Shown here: positions 62,239 through 64,000 of the stretch, piece after piece
Layout: each line of letters begins with the position of its first letter
Numbering within the stretch: the stretch's first letter is position 1
Source: Syncephalis fuscata S228
Taxonomy: Eukaryota; Fungi; Zoopagomycota
Direction of reading: 5' to 3'
Assembly: GCA_025786725.1 (NCBI GenBank)
Contig: JAHLTZ010000018.1
Location: 372,001 to 436,000 of the forward strand
Length of the DNA stretch: 64,000 nucleotides
Notes under the pieces: model-generated
Told to the model about the DNA's origin: nothing
Database searches by the model: none
The model's input: only the letters and a program-made list of their open reading frames with translations
Program-made: the position numbers and the translations under genes

Positions 62239-62902
62239 TGTTACTATTCCACTAAGAGTAGAATAATAAACAGATTACTAATATTATGCTTGGTCTTGAG
62301 TGACCTATAATGTTAGTAATTAGTGTTATATAAGACTTACTTAATTGTTTTTATTAATAAAGATTATTAACCTTTAATTAATAATTTCCACAGAAGTAGA
62401 ATAAATGACTAGAATATTGTTAACTCAGATAAAAAGATCAGTTCAGTCTAGCAATCACTGCAAGACTGAAATGATCAAAAGGTTCAAAATTCAAATAAAA
62501 TAAAAAAGAATTTAAACCAAGATAAGATAATGTTTATTAAGATTAAGAAACATAGTTGCCATTTTATAGTAAATGGTCTTGAATACTGCGAAGGAAGAAC
62601 TTGAACGGCTTGTCTGTTCAATTTCTTCTTCAAGCGATATGGGGCCAGTGTTACTTTAATAAGTAATATGGGGCCGTGGATCGCAAATATTTATAGGCGC
62701 TGTGTTTCCTGCTACGAATTAGAAGCAATTATAATAGTATGATCGTCGTATCTTGGCTGAAAGCACGACTATCTTTGTAAGGACCCTGACGATTACCAGA
62801 AATGGGAACAATCACGTGATGTAATTATTGCTAATTAAGTTATTTACCACATTTAGTAAATAGCGCAATTTACACCATAGTTATACAGGTAAATTAGTAA
62901 CA
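62239..62902 (-). repeat. 5' LTR (664 bp)
   Basis: Direct repeat of 60169-60833 with about 10 differences. Confidence 0.95.
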
Positions 62903-63069
62903 ACATTCTATTTATTATATGTTTTAATATACTTTACTCATTCCCCTCATTGCATTATATGCACTATAACTTCAACATTGCTTTATGTGCTTTCTTACCG
63001 TACATTCATCATTTTATATACCATTCTATACTCGCATAGTTTTCCTCTACCCAAAACTACTTTTATTTT

Positions 63070-63295
63070 TGTTCTAGCATCATTATTAACAAATGTTGAC
63101 TAATTCCGTTCATTGATCATGCATATATACGCAATAACTTCAACGGGGCAATATTCATTTCACACAATATATTATTTATATTGTATATTGTTTTATTGTC
63201 TAGTAACTATGCGCTAGATATTACAGTTGCTCTTCTTGTTCTAGCTTTATTATTAACAAATGTTGACTAATTCCGTTCATTGATCATGTATATAT
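63070..63295 (+). repeat. Pair of about 58-bp direct repeats (about 63070-63128 and 63238-63295)
   Basis: gttctagc..tattaacaaatgttgactaattccgttcattgatcatg.atatat occurs twice. Confidence 0.85.
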
Positions 63296-63594
63296 GCTCA
63301 TTAGCTTGAACATTGCTAATCTCGTTCAATATTGCATATTTATTATAATGTTTATCATTTTATTATATACTGGCTATACGCTGTCTATAGCCGTTGTCGG
63401 TATGGTTCTAACTCTTTTATTAGCAAAATTGATATATCGCAGTTTGTTCACTGAGTTATATGATATAACAAACAATATGAATATGAACAAAGTTATGTTT
63501 TCTTAAGAATATTTATAAATAAATCAAATCATGTCAATTAGTTATGATTTTAATGTTAATCAAGCAAAGTGACGGGTATACATAGTAATAACAC

Positions 63595-63930
63595 ATAATG
63601 TGATGATATATGCATACTGAATAATAAATCTATGATGATGAGTATTTGATGATTGATATCACTCACCACCCACTATTATGTTCAATAAATTAGATGTTAT
63701 TAATTGTAGCTATTTAACCACCGGATCACATTAAATGACTAATAAATTGTTTAATGTAAAATAGTTATCTTTATTTAATTAATAAATAATGTAATATATA
63801 CAATCTATAAATTGAATGGCATTGCATATAAAAAGACTATGAACAAATTGAAATACAGATGAGGAATTGTTCAAGTGGTGGAATAGAACAAAGAATAAAG
63901 ACTAATAGCATAAAAGCAAATATAATTATA
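63595..63930 (-). repeat. Right arm of a long inverted repeat
   Basis: Reverse complement of 59652-60110, lacking about 59880-59995. Confidence 0.9.
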
Positions 63931-64000
63931 AATTTATTATATAAGCAACAGTGTTTATTTTCAAAAAAAGCAGGAGACAGAGTAAAACAGCTCTTCATTC

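Larger units (their letters stand above)
60169..62902 (-). mobile_element. Non-autonomous gag-only LTR retrotransposon (Ty3/gypsy-like)
   Basis: Two TG..CA LTRs, 4-bp TSD ACAT on both sides, PBS, polypurine tract, single gag-like ORF, no pol. Confidence 0.93.

Noticed and set aside
1-64000. tRNA, rRNA, snoRNA genes or CRISPR arrays
   Set aside because: None recognisable by eye. The only tRNA-like sequence is the retroelement PBS, and the short repeats are microsatellites. An Infernal/tRNAscan run would be needed to exclude small ncRNAs.

Overview
Gene-dense, AT-rich eukaryotic DNA with many short (about 50-90 nt) introns. The gene set and style fit an early-diverging fungus; a Zoopagomycota mycoparasite such as Syncephalis is my inference, not something the sequence proves. 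Two housekeeping blocks (about 0-20.6 kb and 33.6-54.5 kb) hold RPS10, RFC1, MHR1, DIC1, COA8, acyl-CoA oxidase, TRS130, a USP, PRE8, PAC2, NAT3, prefoldin 6, RPB5, an eIF4E3-like gene, a CTC1-like gene, TRS31, cyclin L, an ADAM protease, ValRS and CRD1. Between them lies an accessory, effector-like island (about 20.7-33.6 kb). It contains CutA, two degenerate kinase-fold genes, a Crinkler-type (header + NTPase + nuclease) remnant, a MULE transposon remnant, and three paralogous secreted 6-Cys peptides resembling a truncated arthropod SVWC/La1-toxin domain. These peptides were amplified as a cassette with an enoyl-CoA hydratase that survives intact in only one copy. The right end holds a signal-peptide-bearing kinase, an AtuA (DUF1446)-like gene, and a gag-only LTR retroelement nested between long inverted repeats. 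Two U12-type introns are visible (AT-AC in TRS130, GT-AG in RPB5). Almost all apparent frameshifts have the same -1 polarity, which points to assembly deletions rather than true pseudogenes. Gene boundaries were read by eye, and family assignments rest on motif recognition, not database searches.
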